Shown: positions 25,826 through 35,388 of the stretch, one piece after another
Position numbering within the stretch: the stretch's first letter is position 1
How the letters are laid out: every line of letters begins with the position of its first letter
Assembly (NCBI GenBank): GCA_026197015.1
Contig: JAPHRB010000015.1
Coordinates: 1 to 44,384 of the forward strand
Source: Gammaproteobacteria bacterium
GTDB taxonomy: Bacteria > Pseudomonadota > Gammaproteobacteria > SZUA-229
Direction of reading: 5' to 3'
DNA length: 44,384 nt
Notes under the pieces: model-generated
Told to the model about the DNA's origin: nothing
Database searches by the model: none
Seen by the model: the letters and a program-made list of their open reading frames with translations, nothing else
Program-made: the position numbers and the translations under genes

Positions 25826-26605
25826 ATGCTAAAAATACTAACATACAATATACACAAAGGTTTCAGCACTGGAAATCGTCGCTTTATACTGCATAAAATA
25901 AAATCTGCATTACAGTCTACTAACGCAGATATAATATTTTTGCAGGAAATCCAGGGCAAACACACTGAAAAAGCCAAACATATTCATAACTGGCCTGATG
26001 ATTCTCAATTTGAGTTTCTTGCCGATGAAATCTGGCCCCACCATGCCTACGGTAAAAACGCCATATACAGTCATGGTCATCATGGAAATGCTATTTTAAG
26101 CAAAATGCCTTTTTCTAAATATGAAAATATAGATGTTTCTTATATGAAATCTGCGAGTCGCAGTTTATTACACGGGGAAATCTACTACTCGGAATCACAG
26201 AAACCATTACATGTCATCTGCGTTCACCTGGGATTACTGCCATTTGAACGACAGCGTCAGTTAATTAAACTGGCAAAACGCATAGAAGAATTCATTCCTC
26301 ATAACGAGCCACTTATCATTGCCGGGGATTTCAATGACTGGATGGGTAAAGCTGAAAAACATTTATGCCGTGAATTGGGTTTAAGCGACGCCTTTAAATC
26401 AACACAGGGAAAGCTGGCTCGAACTTTTCCTTCGTGGATGCCGTTATTACCTATGGACAGAATTTATACCCGCGGTTTAGAAGTAAAGCAATGCCAGCGA
26501 TTACATAATAATCATCTGGATTATTCACTTGAACATCCCCCTGAGCAGAGTTGGGCTGGATTATCTGATCATATACCACTGCTGGCTGAATTTGATTTTA
26601 AATAA
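25826..26605 (+). CDS. endonuclease/exonuclease/phosphatase (EEP) family protein, YbhP-like
   Basis: ILTYNIHKG, DIIFLQE, IAGDFND and LSDHIPL are EEP catalytic motifs. It is paired with a ClsB-like gene, as ybhP-clsB is in E. coli. Confidence 0.85.
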   Translation: MLKILTYNIHKGFSTGNRRFILHKIKSALQSTNADIIFLQEIQGKHTEKAKHIHNWPDDSQFEFLADEIWPHHAYGKNAIYSHGHHGNAILSKMPFSKYENIDVSYMKSASRSLLHGEIYYSESQKPLHVICVHLGLLPFERQRQLIKLAKRIEEFIPHNEPLIIAGDFNDWMGKAEKHLCRELGLSDAFKSTQGKLARTFPSWMPLLPMDRIYTRGLEVKQCQRLHNNHLDYSLEHPPEQSWAGLSDHIPLLAEFDFK

Positions 26606-26609
26606 ACGC

Positions 26610-28706
26610 TTACAATAACAATAACTTTTCAAACTCACCCGCTGGAACTGGCTTTGAAATTAAGTACCCCTGTATTACTTCACAATTATGATCTCTTAGA
26701 AACTCATACTGTTCTTCCGTTTCCACGCCTTCGGCAATCACTTTTAAATTCATACTATGGGCCATTGCGATAACCGCTCTGGCAATTGCTCCATCTTCGC
26801 TATTACCCGTAATATCCTTTACAAAGGAGCGATCTATCTTTAATACATCTAATGGAAACTGATGTAAATAACTTAAGGAAGAGTATCCGGTTCCAAAATC
26901 ATCCATCGATAACTTCACTCCCAGCTCTTTTAAATGATGCATTTTGTTTATGCTACTTTCAGCATCTTGCATTGCAATTGTTTCTGTTATTTCCAGATCA
27001 ACATTTTCTGCTGCCATTTCATACTCTTCAATCAGCTGCTTAATCTGATTTACAAGATCAGCCTGCATAAACTGCCTGGCTGATAAATTAATACCCACAC
27101 TTAAATTGTATCCCTGTTGATTCCATATTTTAGTTCGTTTTATAGCCTGCTCTAGAACATAGTGTCCCAAGGGCTGAATTAAACCCGTTTCTTCGGCCAA
27201 GGGGATAAATCTTATTGGAGGTACCAGACCATAATCTTTATGACGCCAACGCACTAATGCTTCTGAAGCAACAATTTTTCGTGTTTTAGCATCTACCTGT
27301 GGTTGATAAAAAAGCTCAATTTCATTGTTTTCTATAGCGCTGCGCAAATCTGTTTCCATTCGTAAACGGTCATCTACTCTGCGATTCATATCACTAGTAT
27401 AAAAATGCTCCTGGTCACCACCGAGGCTTTTCGCTTTTCGCATGGCCGCATTTGCACACTGTATTAGTTCACCTGCATCAGTTTCATCTTCCGGGTATAA
27501 AGATATTCCTAAACTCAGTGAAACAATTACCTTCTGGCTACCCAGATCAAAAACATTCTCTTTTAATGCCTGATTTAATTTACTCAACGTTTGACTAATT
27601 TCTTCTATAGAGGTGACGCTTTCCAGCAGAATTGCAAATTCGTTACCACCAAATCGAGCAACCGTATCACCTTCTTTTACAAAACCACTTAAAAACCCGG
27701 CAAAAGCGACCAGTAATTCGTTACCAATATCACGACCCAGACTTGCATTTATTAACTGAAACCGGTCTATGTCCATTAACACAACTGCCACCTGCTGCGC
27801 AGAGTGTTCGGCAACTTTAATAGCGTGTGTCAGACGTTCTTTAAATAAAGTTTGATTTGGTAAGTCAGTCAATAAGTCGTGATATGCCTGATGTAAAATC
27901 ATATCCTCTGCGCGTTTTAATGCTGTAATATCCTGTATGGTACCTAAAATATGACGGGGCTTTTTATCATCCCCCATAATCACATCACATTGCTGATAAA
28001 CATATCGCTCTTTATTATCAGAGCCCTGTAATCGATGTTCTAGAACAAACCTTGCTCCTCGGTTTCTGGCATCTTCAAATGCATGAACAACTCGATCACG
28101 ATCATCTTCTGGCACATAACTAATAAAATCTTTTAAAGACAATTCCTGAGAATGATCAATGCCCAGCATTTCTAATACACCCACTGGAAACGAAAGCTGT
28201 TCAGTTTTTAAGTCCCAGTCCCAATAACCTAACATGGCAACTTTCAATGCATGAGTTACACGATGTCGATTTTTGCGTAGTTCAAAATCCATATCACGTG
28301 ATTTCAGAGCATATCGAACTCGTTGAGTAAATAAACTCCAGTTAATAGGTTTAGAAATAAAATCTGTCGCACCTGCATCAAATGATTTGTCAACTGAAGT
28401 TACATCATCTAAACCCGTAAGCATAATAACAGGAACAGTTCGATCTGGATCAATAACTCGCATTTCCTGACAAGCTTCAAATCCATTCATGACAGGCATC
28501 AATACATCGAGCAGTACCATATCAGGTCTATACTGCTTAAATAACTCAATACCTTCTGCACCATTTGGAGCTTCGATTGTATTAAAACCCTGTTTCTGCA
28601 AGGCTTTCATTAACATCGTACGAATAACTATATCGTCATCGACAACTAGAATTAACGGTGTTTTACGTTCTGCAATTAATAAATTACTTAAATCTGACAC
28701 AAACAT
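26610..28706 (-). CDS. response regulator REC-PAS-GGDEF(degenerate)-EAL, probable c-di-GMP phosphodiesterase
   Basis: REC: LILVVDDD...VLLDVLMP. The GGDEF domain carries GGNEF and KEGD in place of RxxD. EAL is intact (EALVRW, DDFGTGYSSL, QGYLISKP). Confidence 0.92.
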   Translation of the reverse strand: MFVSDLSNLLIAERKTPLILVVDDDIVIRTMLMKALQKQGFNTIEAPNGAEGIELFKQYRPDMVLLDVLMPVMNGFEACQEMRVIDPDRTVPVIMLTGLDDVTSVDKSFDAGATDFISKPINWSLFTQRVRYALKSRDMDFELRKNRHRVTHALKVAMLGYWDWDLKTEQLSFPVGVLEMLGIDHSQELSLKDFISYVPEDDRDRVVHAFEDARNRGARFVLEHRLQGSDNKERYVYQQCDVIMGDDKKPRHILGTIQDITALKRAEDMILHQAYHDLLTDLPNQTLFKERLTHAIKVAEHSAQQVAVVLMDIDRFQLINASLGRDIGNELLVAFAGFLSGFVKEGDTVARFGGNEFAILLESVTSIEEISQTLSKLNQALKENVFDLGSQKVIVSLSLGISLYPEDETDAGELIQCANAAMRKAKSLGGDQEHFYTSDMNRRVDDRLRMETDLRSAIENNEIELFYQPQVDAKTRKIVASEALVRWRHKDYGLVPPIRFIPLAEETGLIQPLGHYVLEQAIKRTKIWNQQGYNLSVGINLSARQFMQADLVNQIKQLIEEYEMAAENVDLEITETIAMQDAESSINKMHHLKELGVKLSMDDFGTGYSSLSYLHQFPLDVLKIDRSFVKDITGNSEDGAIARAVIAMAHSMNLKVIAEGVETEEQYEFLRDHNCEVIQGYLISKPVPAGEFEKLLLL

Positions 28707-28810
28707 ACTTCCATTTGCTGATATTTAATCGAGATAAACTTTAAGGACTTCTTATCTGACCAACTAATTCAATAATACATCATTGAAGAATACAATTTTG
28801 AGCACATTTC

Positions 28811-29998
28811 TCACATACCACGCGCCAGGTCTTTCTTAATGTCTTCAATATCTTCTAGCCCTACAGCCACCCGAATTAAACCATCAGCTATACCCGACTG
28901 CTGTCGCTGTTCCGGTGTTAATCGCCCATGAGTGGTTGTCGCTGGATGAGTAATAGTGGTTTTTGTATCACCTAAATTAGCCGTAATAGAACAAATCTGT
29001 GTAGCATCGATTAATTTCCATCCGTCATCTTTACCACCTTTAAGCTCGAATGATAACAAACCGCCAAAGTCTGATTGCTGCTGTTTAGCTAACTCATGCT
29101 GAGGATGAGACTCAAGCCCAGGATAATAAACTCGAGCTACCTGCGGTTGTAACTCTAACCACTTTGCCAGTACCAGTGCATTTGCACTATGAGCTTTCAT
29201 TCTGATATCAAGCGTTTCCAGACCTTTTAAAAACACCCATGCATTAAAGGCACTCATTGTTGGTCCTGCAGTTCGTAAAAACGCATAAACATCGGTACCT
29301 ACAACATCCTCAGTACCAACAACGGCCCCACCCATGCAGCGCCCCTGCCCATCTATATATTTAGTTGCTGAATGAATAACAATATCAGCGCCTAAACTTA
29401 TAGGTTTTTGCAAAGCAGGTGTTGCTAAACAATTATCAACCGCTAATAAACAGTCATGTTTATGCGCAATATTCGCAAGTGCTGTTATATCAACCAGTTC
29501 TGTTAATGGATTTGAAGGTGTTTCTAAAAACAATAACCGTGTATTTCCCTGTATTGCCTGTTCCCAGCCTGCTAGATCTGAGAGATCAACAAAGGTAGTT
29601 TCAATTCCCAGTTTGGCCATAAAGTTTGTGAATAACACTGTTGTTGTGCCAAATATACTGCGTGACGAAACAATATGATCACCTGTTTTCAAAATACCCA
29701 GACAGGTTGCAAGAATAGCCGACATTCCAGACGCGGTAGCAACACAACATTCACCGCCTTCCATGCGTGCAAGACGCTGTTCAAATGTTCTTACTGTAGG
29801 ATTTGTAAAACGCGAATAAATATTGCCCGGCTGTTCCCCGGAAAATCGTGCCGCTGCTTCAGCAGCAGACGAAAAAACAAAACTCGACGTAGGAAAAATA
29901 GGTTCACTATGCTCCTGCTCCTGAGTGCGCACCTGCCCGGCCCGCACCGCCTGAGTCGCAAAAGACCACTCGGCTTCTAAATCGTCATAATCGCTCAT
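28811..29998 (-). CDS. metZ: O-succinylhomoserine sulfhydrylase
   Basis: Cys/Met-metabolism PLP enzyme with PLP-Lys motif HSATKYIDGQGR. N-terminus TQAVRAGQVRTQEQEHSEPIFPTSSFVF...PGNIYSRFTNPTV is typical of MetZ. Linkage to purF matches Pseudomonas. Confidence 0.88.
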   Translation of the reverse strand: MSDYDDLEAEWSFATQAVRAGQVRTQEQEHSEPIFPTSSFVFSSAAEAAARFSGEQPGNIYSRFTNPTVRTFEQRLARMEGGECCVATASGMSAILATCLGILKTGDHIVSSRSIFGTTTVLFTNFMAKLGIETTFVDLSDLAGWEQAIQGNTRLLFLETPSNPLTELVDITALANIAHKHDCLLAVDNCLATPALQKPISLGADIVIHSATKYIDGQGRCMGGAVVGTEDVVGTDVYAFLRTAGPTMSAFNAWVFLKGLETLDIRMKAHSANALVLAKWLELQPQVARVYYPGLESHPQHELAKQQQSDFGGLLSFELKGGKDDGWKLIDATQICSITANLGDTKTTITHPATTTHGRLTPEQRQQSGIADGLIRVAVGLEDIEDIKKDLARGM

Positions 29999-30012
29999 TT
30001 TACTTTACCTGT

Positions 30013-30522
30013 TTAGCTTTCTTTTATAATTACTTTACAACCTTCTTCAACAAGGTTAAATAACTCAATCACATCTTTATTTTTCATTCTCACGCAACCG
30101 TGGGATGCCGGTTCGCCAATTTTATCTTCTTCTGAGGTTCCATGAATATAAATATAACGCTGATAACTGTCTATCATTTCACCCTGATTATCATTACCTT
30201 TATTTAAACCTGCTTCTTCACCCTGCAACCAGAGAATACGGCTACTAATAATATCATCAGGCAAACTTTCTTTTGATTTAATTAGATCATCTAATATGCC
30301 ACGTGGCTGTCGCCCCACAAAAACTTCATTTAGGGAACAACCATCACCTATTTTCTGTGCAATACTATGCATACCTAACGGGGTCTGATAACTGCCGTTT
30401 TTATTACCCACACCTAAACTTGAAGTCGACACGGGGTAATCAGAAATAATATTTTCATCATGATCCATGCAATACAAGCGTTGCTGATCTATATTTACAA
30501 TTATATAACTAATATGTGACAT
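30013..30522 (-). CDS. YkuD-domain L,D-transpeptidase-like protein with no signal peptide
   Basis: IYIHGT...GEPASHGCVRMKNKDV is the catalytic His/Cys motif. 169 aa. The N-terminus MSHISYIIVNIDQQRLYC is not hydrophobic. 14 nt upstream of metZ. Confidence 0.85.
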   Translation of the reverse strand: MSHISYIIVNIDQQRLYCMDHDENIISDYPVSTSSLGVGNKNGSYQTPLGMHSIAQKIGDGCSLNEVFVGRQPRGILDDLIKSKESLPDDIISSRILWLQGEEAGLNKGNDNQGEMIDSYQRYIYIHGTSEEDKIGEPASHGCVRMKNKDVIELFNLVEEGCKVIIKES

Positions 30523-30553
30523 ACTTTAGTAACTGACAAAACGACTTATTTCT

Positions 30554-31441
30554 ATGCTAACACGCCTTTATCGGATTACACTTCTTTTCTTAATATCAGT
30601 TCCTGCTTATAGCCAAAACACGAACAACATCACCCTGTCACAGTTAAATCAGGTTAATGATAGCTGCTTTAATATCGCTAGAAAGCTATCCAGCGTTACT
30701 TTTAGTGAATGCCTTTCACTTGACCTTATGCCATCTCCGCATCAATCTAATAATAAAAATAGTTTATTAATAAAAGAATACCCGCCACTTCTAAACAAAA
30801 GACAACCACAGGCTAAAATCCTTATGCTTGGAGGTATTCATGGCGATGAGTATTCATCAGTTACCATTATGTTTAAATGGATGAAAATCCTTGATAAGCA
30901 CCATAGTGGCTTATTTCACTGGAAAGTTGCCCCACTGGTAAACCCGGATGGTTTATTACAGAAAAAATCTCAACGAATAAATGCCAATGGTGTCGATTTA
31001 AACCGTAATTTCCCTAATAACGGTAACCCGCTGGCAAGTCTAGAATACTGGAAAGATCGAGCGTATAGCGACCCAAGGCGTTACCCCGGCCCAAGCTCAA
31101 TGAGCGAACCCGAAACCCAATGGATCGTTAAACTAATTAACGACTTTAAGCCGGATGCTATCGTGGCGGTTCATGCACCTTACGGAATTGTTGATTACGA
31201 TGGACCACCTAGCCCTCCATCTCGTCTTGGTCACCTTTATTTAAAATTATTAGGCACCTACCCGGGCTCACTTGGTAACTACGCTGGTTTACAGGAAGAG
31301 ATTCCAGTTGTCACTATTGAATTACCCTATGCGGGTATTATGCCCAGCGATTATGAAGTGAGCAGGATATGGGTTGATATGATTACGTGGCTCAGGGTAA
31401 ATATTCCGCAAGCCCCTACAGTAAAAGAAGTGCTCCAGTAA
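30554..31441 (+). CDS. periplasmic M14-family zinc carboxypeptidase/amidase (MpaA-like)
   Basis: Signal peptide MLTRLYRITLLFLISVPAYSQ. Zn ligands GGIHGDEYSS (HxxE) and AVHAPYG. NANGVDLNRNFP and TIELPY motifs. Confidence 0.85.
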   Translation: MLTRLYRITLLFLISVPAYSQNTNNITLSQLNQVNDSCFNIARKLSSVTFSECLSLDLMPSPHQSNNKNSLLIKEYPPLLNKRQPQAKILMLGGIHGDEYSSVTIMFKWMKILDKHHSGLFHWKVAPLVNPDGLLQKKSQRINANGVDLNRNFPNNGNPLASLEYWKDRAYSDPRRYPGPSSMSEPETQWIVKLINDFKPDAIVAVHAPYGIVDYDGPPSPPSRLGHLYLKLLGTYPGSLGNYAGLQEEIPVVTIELPYAGIMPSDYEVSRIWVDMITWLRVNIPQAPTVKEVLQ

Positions 31442-31520
31442 GAGCACATATAAAATAATAATATATAAAATCCAGTGCCGTTACTTCAGTTTCTCAGCGA
31501 CAGGATTGTTACTAACTAGC

Positions 31521-32780
31521 TCATTCATTTTTACGATTCTGAGCTAATTGAGAATTCAGCGGCATCGATATTTCACCTTCAAAAACAATTCGCCATTTAC
31601 CATCATTTTCCTTATTCCAGTATTGACGTTTCCAGCTCTGACTTGAAAAATTATCACTGGCATAAGTCTGCAAATATGTAGCCACCATAACATCTTCATT
31701 CGGATGCTGTAGCAAACTCACATTAGATAAGTTTACTTTTACGAAAGTTTTATGTTTCGCTATTCTGCGTTTATGATCAGACCAGTTATAAATATCTTTT
31801 TTACCACTGGTAAACCTGTCTGAGTAATGTTGTAAATAACTTTCAACATCCATACTTTCCCAGTCATTTTTCCACTGTTCATGTAGTTGACTGATATCAT
31901 CTTTGTGTAATAACCACTGTTTCTCTGCAAGCCATGTAATATTATCACCGATTAATACCGGTGTACTTTTTAAATCAATGTGTGAGCCTATATTAAGCAG
32001 ATCTTCATTCGGTAATACAACACAGCCTTCTGATGCCAGGGGTGGTCGATTATAGGTACCGCTTCGTGTTCCATGCAGCCATATACCATGCCCTGTTTTT
32101 CCATTTAAACGATCCCATGCATTTGGATAATTAATTGGATAGGCACCGGCGCCGTACTTATCTGCCAGCTGATCAGGCGCAATATAAGATTGAATAAAAT
32201 AAACACCTAAAGGTGTTTTTAAATCCCCTTCAGAAATCTTACCCGCCCCACTACGCCCCATAGAGATATAATAATCATCAATTAATACAGGTAACGGTTG
32301 AGTATTATCAAACAAATATAAACGAGATTTACTTAAATCAACAACAATAACATTTCGATAAAAAGCATCTAACTTCGCCAGAACTTTAGGAAAATTAGTT
32401 TTAACGAGGTCATCATTAACAGCCTGATAGCGGTTTTTTATTTCTGTAAGCAGCAAAGACTTTTCAAGACTATTATTTAAATCTGGACCGGGATTATGAA
32501 TACCTTTCACTTTAGACATTAAAACATCGGCATAAACCAGTTGCGCCAGTTTAAAATCAGGCATTTCGGAGACCAGCGTTTTTAATTTTGATTCGGCACT
32601 GTTTAAATCAGAAGCCTGAATATCCTGAACAGCGTCGAGCAGTCGAACTTCCGGGTGAGAGTTATCCAATGACTGCTCTACCGCCCATACGCTCGAGCAG
32701 ACGGCTGCCCCGACCAGAGTTATAGCCGCTGAATAAAATGTTGTAAATATAATAGATGCAAGTTTCATTAATTTAAACAC
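31521..32780 (-). CDS. L,D-transpeptidase (YkuD) with C-terminal NTF2/SnoaL-like domain
   Basis: Signal-like N-terminus. Catalytic motif GIWLHGT...LASEGCVVLPNEDL. The C-terminal approx. 110 aa are homologous to the C-terminus of the neighbouring TPR protein. Track start is GTG 32780, with an alternative ATG at 32768. Confidence 0.85.
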   Translation of the reverse strand: MFKLMKLASIIFTTFYSAAITLVGAAVCSSVWAVEQSLDNSHPEVRLLDAVQDIQASDLNSAESKLKTLVSEMPDFKLAQLVYADVLMSKVKGIHNPGPDLNNSLEKSLLLTEIKNRYQAVNDDLVKTNFPKVLAKLDAFYRNVIVVDLSKSRLYLFDNTQPLPVLIDDYYISMGRSGAGKISEGDLKTPLGVYFIQSYIAPDQLADKYGAGAYPINYPNAWDRLNGKTGHGIWLHGTRSGTYNRPPLASEGCVVLPNEDLLNIGSHIDLKSTPVLIGDNITWLAEKQWLLHKDDISQLHEQWKNDWESMDVESYLQHYSDRFTSGKKDIYNWSDHKRRIAKHKTFVKVNLSNVSLLQHPNEDVMVATYLQTYASDNFSSQSWKRQYWNKENDGKWRIVFEGEISMPLNSQLAQNRKNE

Positions 32781-32809
32781 TAATAACGTTTAGACTGAAT
32801 TACTTAAGT

Positions 32810-33760
32810 TTAGTACTTTTTAATTGTTCTTTCAGACAGTATCAGCCAATTATCTTGCTGATTTTGCATATACATCTGTTTTAAAACGGTGTCTCTATAT
32901 GAGTCTGATCGATAGTTCTGTATAAATTCAACTAACACATATTTACCCTGATTTTCAACAAAAATCCTTAACTGCTCAATTTCAACATTAACACCTTTGG
33001 TAAACTTTAGACGGGCTCGTCTTATATTTTTCCATTCGGCGTAAGACTTTCTCGCATCAGAAGGTACAAAATCAGTTGAATAGGATTTTATATATTGATC
33101 AAAATCCCCCTTAGACCATGCTCGTGACCAGTCAAGCAACTGTTGCTTAATATGCCTGCCGATATCATTTTGAGTTGCGCCTTCCGAAACCTGTTGAGGC
33201 TCAACTACCTGTTGATGCTCGACTAACTGAGGTTTTTCTACAAACACTTCTTTTATAACAATTTTTTCTACTTCTTTTTCTACTTCTTTTTCTATAATTT
33301 TTACAGGTTGATAAATTGTCTTAATTAACTCCAGCTCCGGCATACTACTCTGCTGATCTGAACCCAACGCCTTATCGTATGCCAGGGTTGCAAGATAGCC
33401 ATATAATTCAGATCGATTTTTCTGAGTAATTCTGTAACCTGGTGAGCTAATTACTGCTTGCTCAAGCACAGTTAAAGCCTCATCGGTTCTGCCTGTATTT
33501 AGTAAAAGTATAGCTAAATTGTTACCTGGTTCTGGCCAATACTGATTACGTTTTAATAAATCACGATATATTGGTTCAGCTTCTAACCACTGTTTTTGTG
33601 TAGATAACCTCACCGCCTTCGAAAACAACTTTTTATCATCATTAAAAATTTTCAGATCATCCACACCTGCCATAATCGCTGTCGAAAACAGAAATAATAG
33701 CAAATATGTAAATCCACGAAATACCATGGGCAAATACTGCTGAAAAATTTTATAGGCCAT
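32810..33760 (-). CDS. membrane-anchored TPR-repeat protein with EKEV repeat linker and C-terminal NTF2/SnoaL-like domain
   Basis: N-terminal anchor FTYLLLFLFSTAIMAG. TPR-like YRDLLKRNQYWPEPGNNLAILLLNTGRTDEALTVLEQAV. C-terminal LLDWSRAWSKGDFDQYIKSYSTDF...FIQNYRSDSYRD...W is shared with the adjacent L,D-transpeptidase. Confidence 0.7.
   Translation of the reverse strand: MAYKIFQQYLPMVFRGFTYLLLFLFSTAIMAGVDDLKIFNDDKKLFSKAVRLSTQKQWLEAEPIYRDLLKRNQYWPEPGNNLAILLLNTGRTDEALTVLEQAVISSPGYRITQKNRSELYGYLATLAYDKALGSDQQSSMPELELIKTIYQPVKIIEKEVEKEVEKIVIKEVFVEKPQLVEHQQVVEPQQVSEGATQNDIGRHIKQQLLDWSRAWSKGDFDQYIKSYSTDFVPSDARKSYAEWKNIRRARLKFTKGVNVEIEQLRIFVENQGKYVLVEFIQNYRSDSYRDTVLKQMYMQNQQDNWLILSERTIKKY
33264..33296. 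repeat. 12-nt tandem repeat (ttttctacttct x2 plus a partial copy) encoding EKEVEKEVEK in the TPR protein linker
   Basis: Read directly. In-frame, so copy-number change would alter linker length only. Confidence 0.5.
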
Positions 33761-33778
33761 AAAAAATATTAATATATT

Positions 33779-35293
33779 TTACTGGTTGCTGTATAAGTCA
33801 ATTCCAGCCAAATTATTCGATTGCTCACGTTTAGATTTAGCTGTGTCTGAGCGCGAGTCATCCAGATTTTTCAGATAGGCTTTGTCAATATCACCGGTAA
33901 TATATTCACCGTTAAAACAGGAACTATCAAAACTATCAATTTTGTCATTACCATGTTTAACCGCGTGAATTAAGTCATCTAAATCCTGATAAATCAACCA
34001 GTCTGCACCTATTTCTTTGGTGATCTCTTCAGTGCTTCGCCCATGAGCTACAAACTCTTTTGGTGAAGGCATATCAATACCATATACATTAGGGTATCTG
34101 ACCGGAGGCGCTGCAGATGCCATATACACATTTTTAGCGCCCGCTTCTCTAGCCATTTGAATAATTTGCTTGGATGTTGTTCCTCGAACAATAGAGTCAT
34201 CTACCAACAGAACATTTTTGTCTTTAAACTCCAGATCAATCGCATTTAATTTCTGGCGTACTGATTTTTTTCGTTGAACCTGCCCAGGCATAATAAATGT
34301 ACGGCCAATATATCTATTTTTAATAAAACCTTCTCTATACTTCACACCTAAATGATAAGCCACATCCAGTGCCGCCGTTCTACTCGTATCTGGAATTGGT
34401 ATAACCACATCTATATCGTGATTCGGCCTTTCACGTAGAATCTTTTGCACCAGTGTTGTACCCATTCTTAAACGGGCTTTATAAACTGAAATATCATCAA
34501 TAATAGAATCTGGGCGTGCAAAATAAACATACTCAAAGATACAGGGATTACTTTTAGGGTTTTCTGCACATTGCTTACTTGAAAAATTACCATCGATATC
34601 AATATAAATCGCTTCACCTGGCTTCAGATCACGTACCAGTTCAAAACCTAATGCATGTAATGCCACGCTCTCGGATGCAACGATATATTCGGTACCTGTT
34701 TCCGACTCCCGCTTACCATAACAAACCGGGCGAATACCATTTGGGTCACGAAATGCCAGCACGCCTTTACCCACAATAGTTGCGACAACAGCATAACCAC
34801 CCGTGCAACGTTTGTGAACAGCAGAAACGGCTTTAAAAATTTCTTCTGATGTTACCTGTAATTTTTTCAATGCCTGTAATTCATGGGCGAAAATATTTAA
34901 TAAAATTTCAGAATCTGAATCGGTATTTATATGCCGCATATCATCTTTATATAACTGCGCTTTTAACTCTTCAGCATTAGTTAAATTACCATTATGTGCT
35001 ATAGCAATACCGTAAGGAGAGTTCACATAAAAGGGCTGAGACTCGGCTACTGACGAGCAACCGGCAGTTGGGTAACGTACATGTCCTATGCCCATATTGC
35101 CTGATAACTGTGACATGCTATCTGCATTAAACACATCACTCACTAATCCATTACTTTTACGTAAATGGAATTTATTACCCTCACTGGTGACAATGCCAGC
35201 AGCATCTTGCCCGCGATGCTGCAATATGATTAATGCATCATATAACAACTGATTAACAGGACTTCGGCCAACAATACCGACTATACCGCACAT
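33779..35293 (-). CDS. purF: amidophosphoribosyltransferase
   Basis: [10 protein letters not shown]-terminal nucleophile, PRTase motif [13 protein letters not shown]. 504 aa. Confidence 0.97.
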   Translation of the reverse strand: MCGIVGIVGRSPVNQLLYDALIILQHRGQDAAGIVTSEGNKFHLRKSNGLVSDVFNADSMSQLSGNMGIGHVRYPTAGCSSVAESQPFYVNSPYGIAIAHNGNLTNAEELKAQLYKDDMRHINTDSDSEILLNIFAHELQALKKLQVTSEEIFKAVSAVHKRCTGGYAVVATIVGKGVLAFRDPNGIRPVCYGKRESETGTEYIVASESVALHALGFELVRDLKPGEAIYIDIDGNFSSKQCAENPKSNPCIFEYVYFARPDSIIDDISVYKARLRMGTTLVQKILRERPNHDIDVVIPIPDTSRTAALDVAYHLGVKYREGFIKNRYIGRTFIMPGQVQRKKSVRQKLNAIDLEFKDKNVLLVDDSIVRGTTSKQIIQMAREAGAKNVYMASAAPPVRYPNVYGIDMPSPKEFVAHGRSTEEITKEIGADWLIYQDLDDLIHAVKHGNDKIDSFDSSCFNGEYITGDIDKAYLKNLDDSRSDTAKSKREQSNNLAGIDLYSNQ

Positions 35294-35388
35294 ATAAACC
35301 TCAACAGCAAATTTGCTAAATTATTAGAGCCGAAAACAAACATTATGATGCATCTATTCTAATTACAAAAAAACAATAGAATACATCT

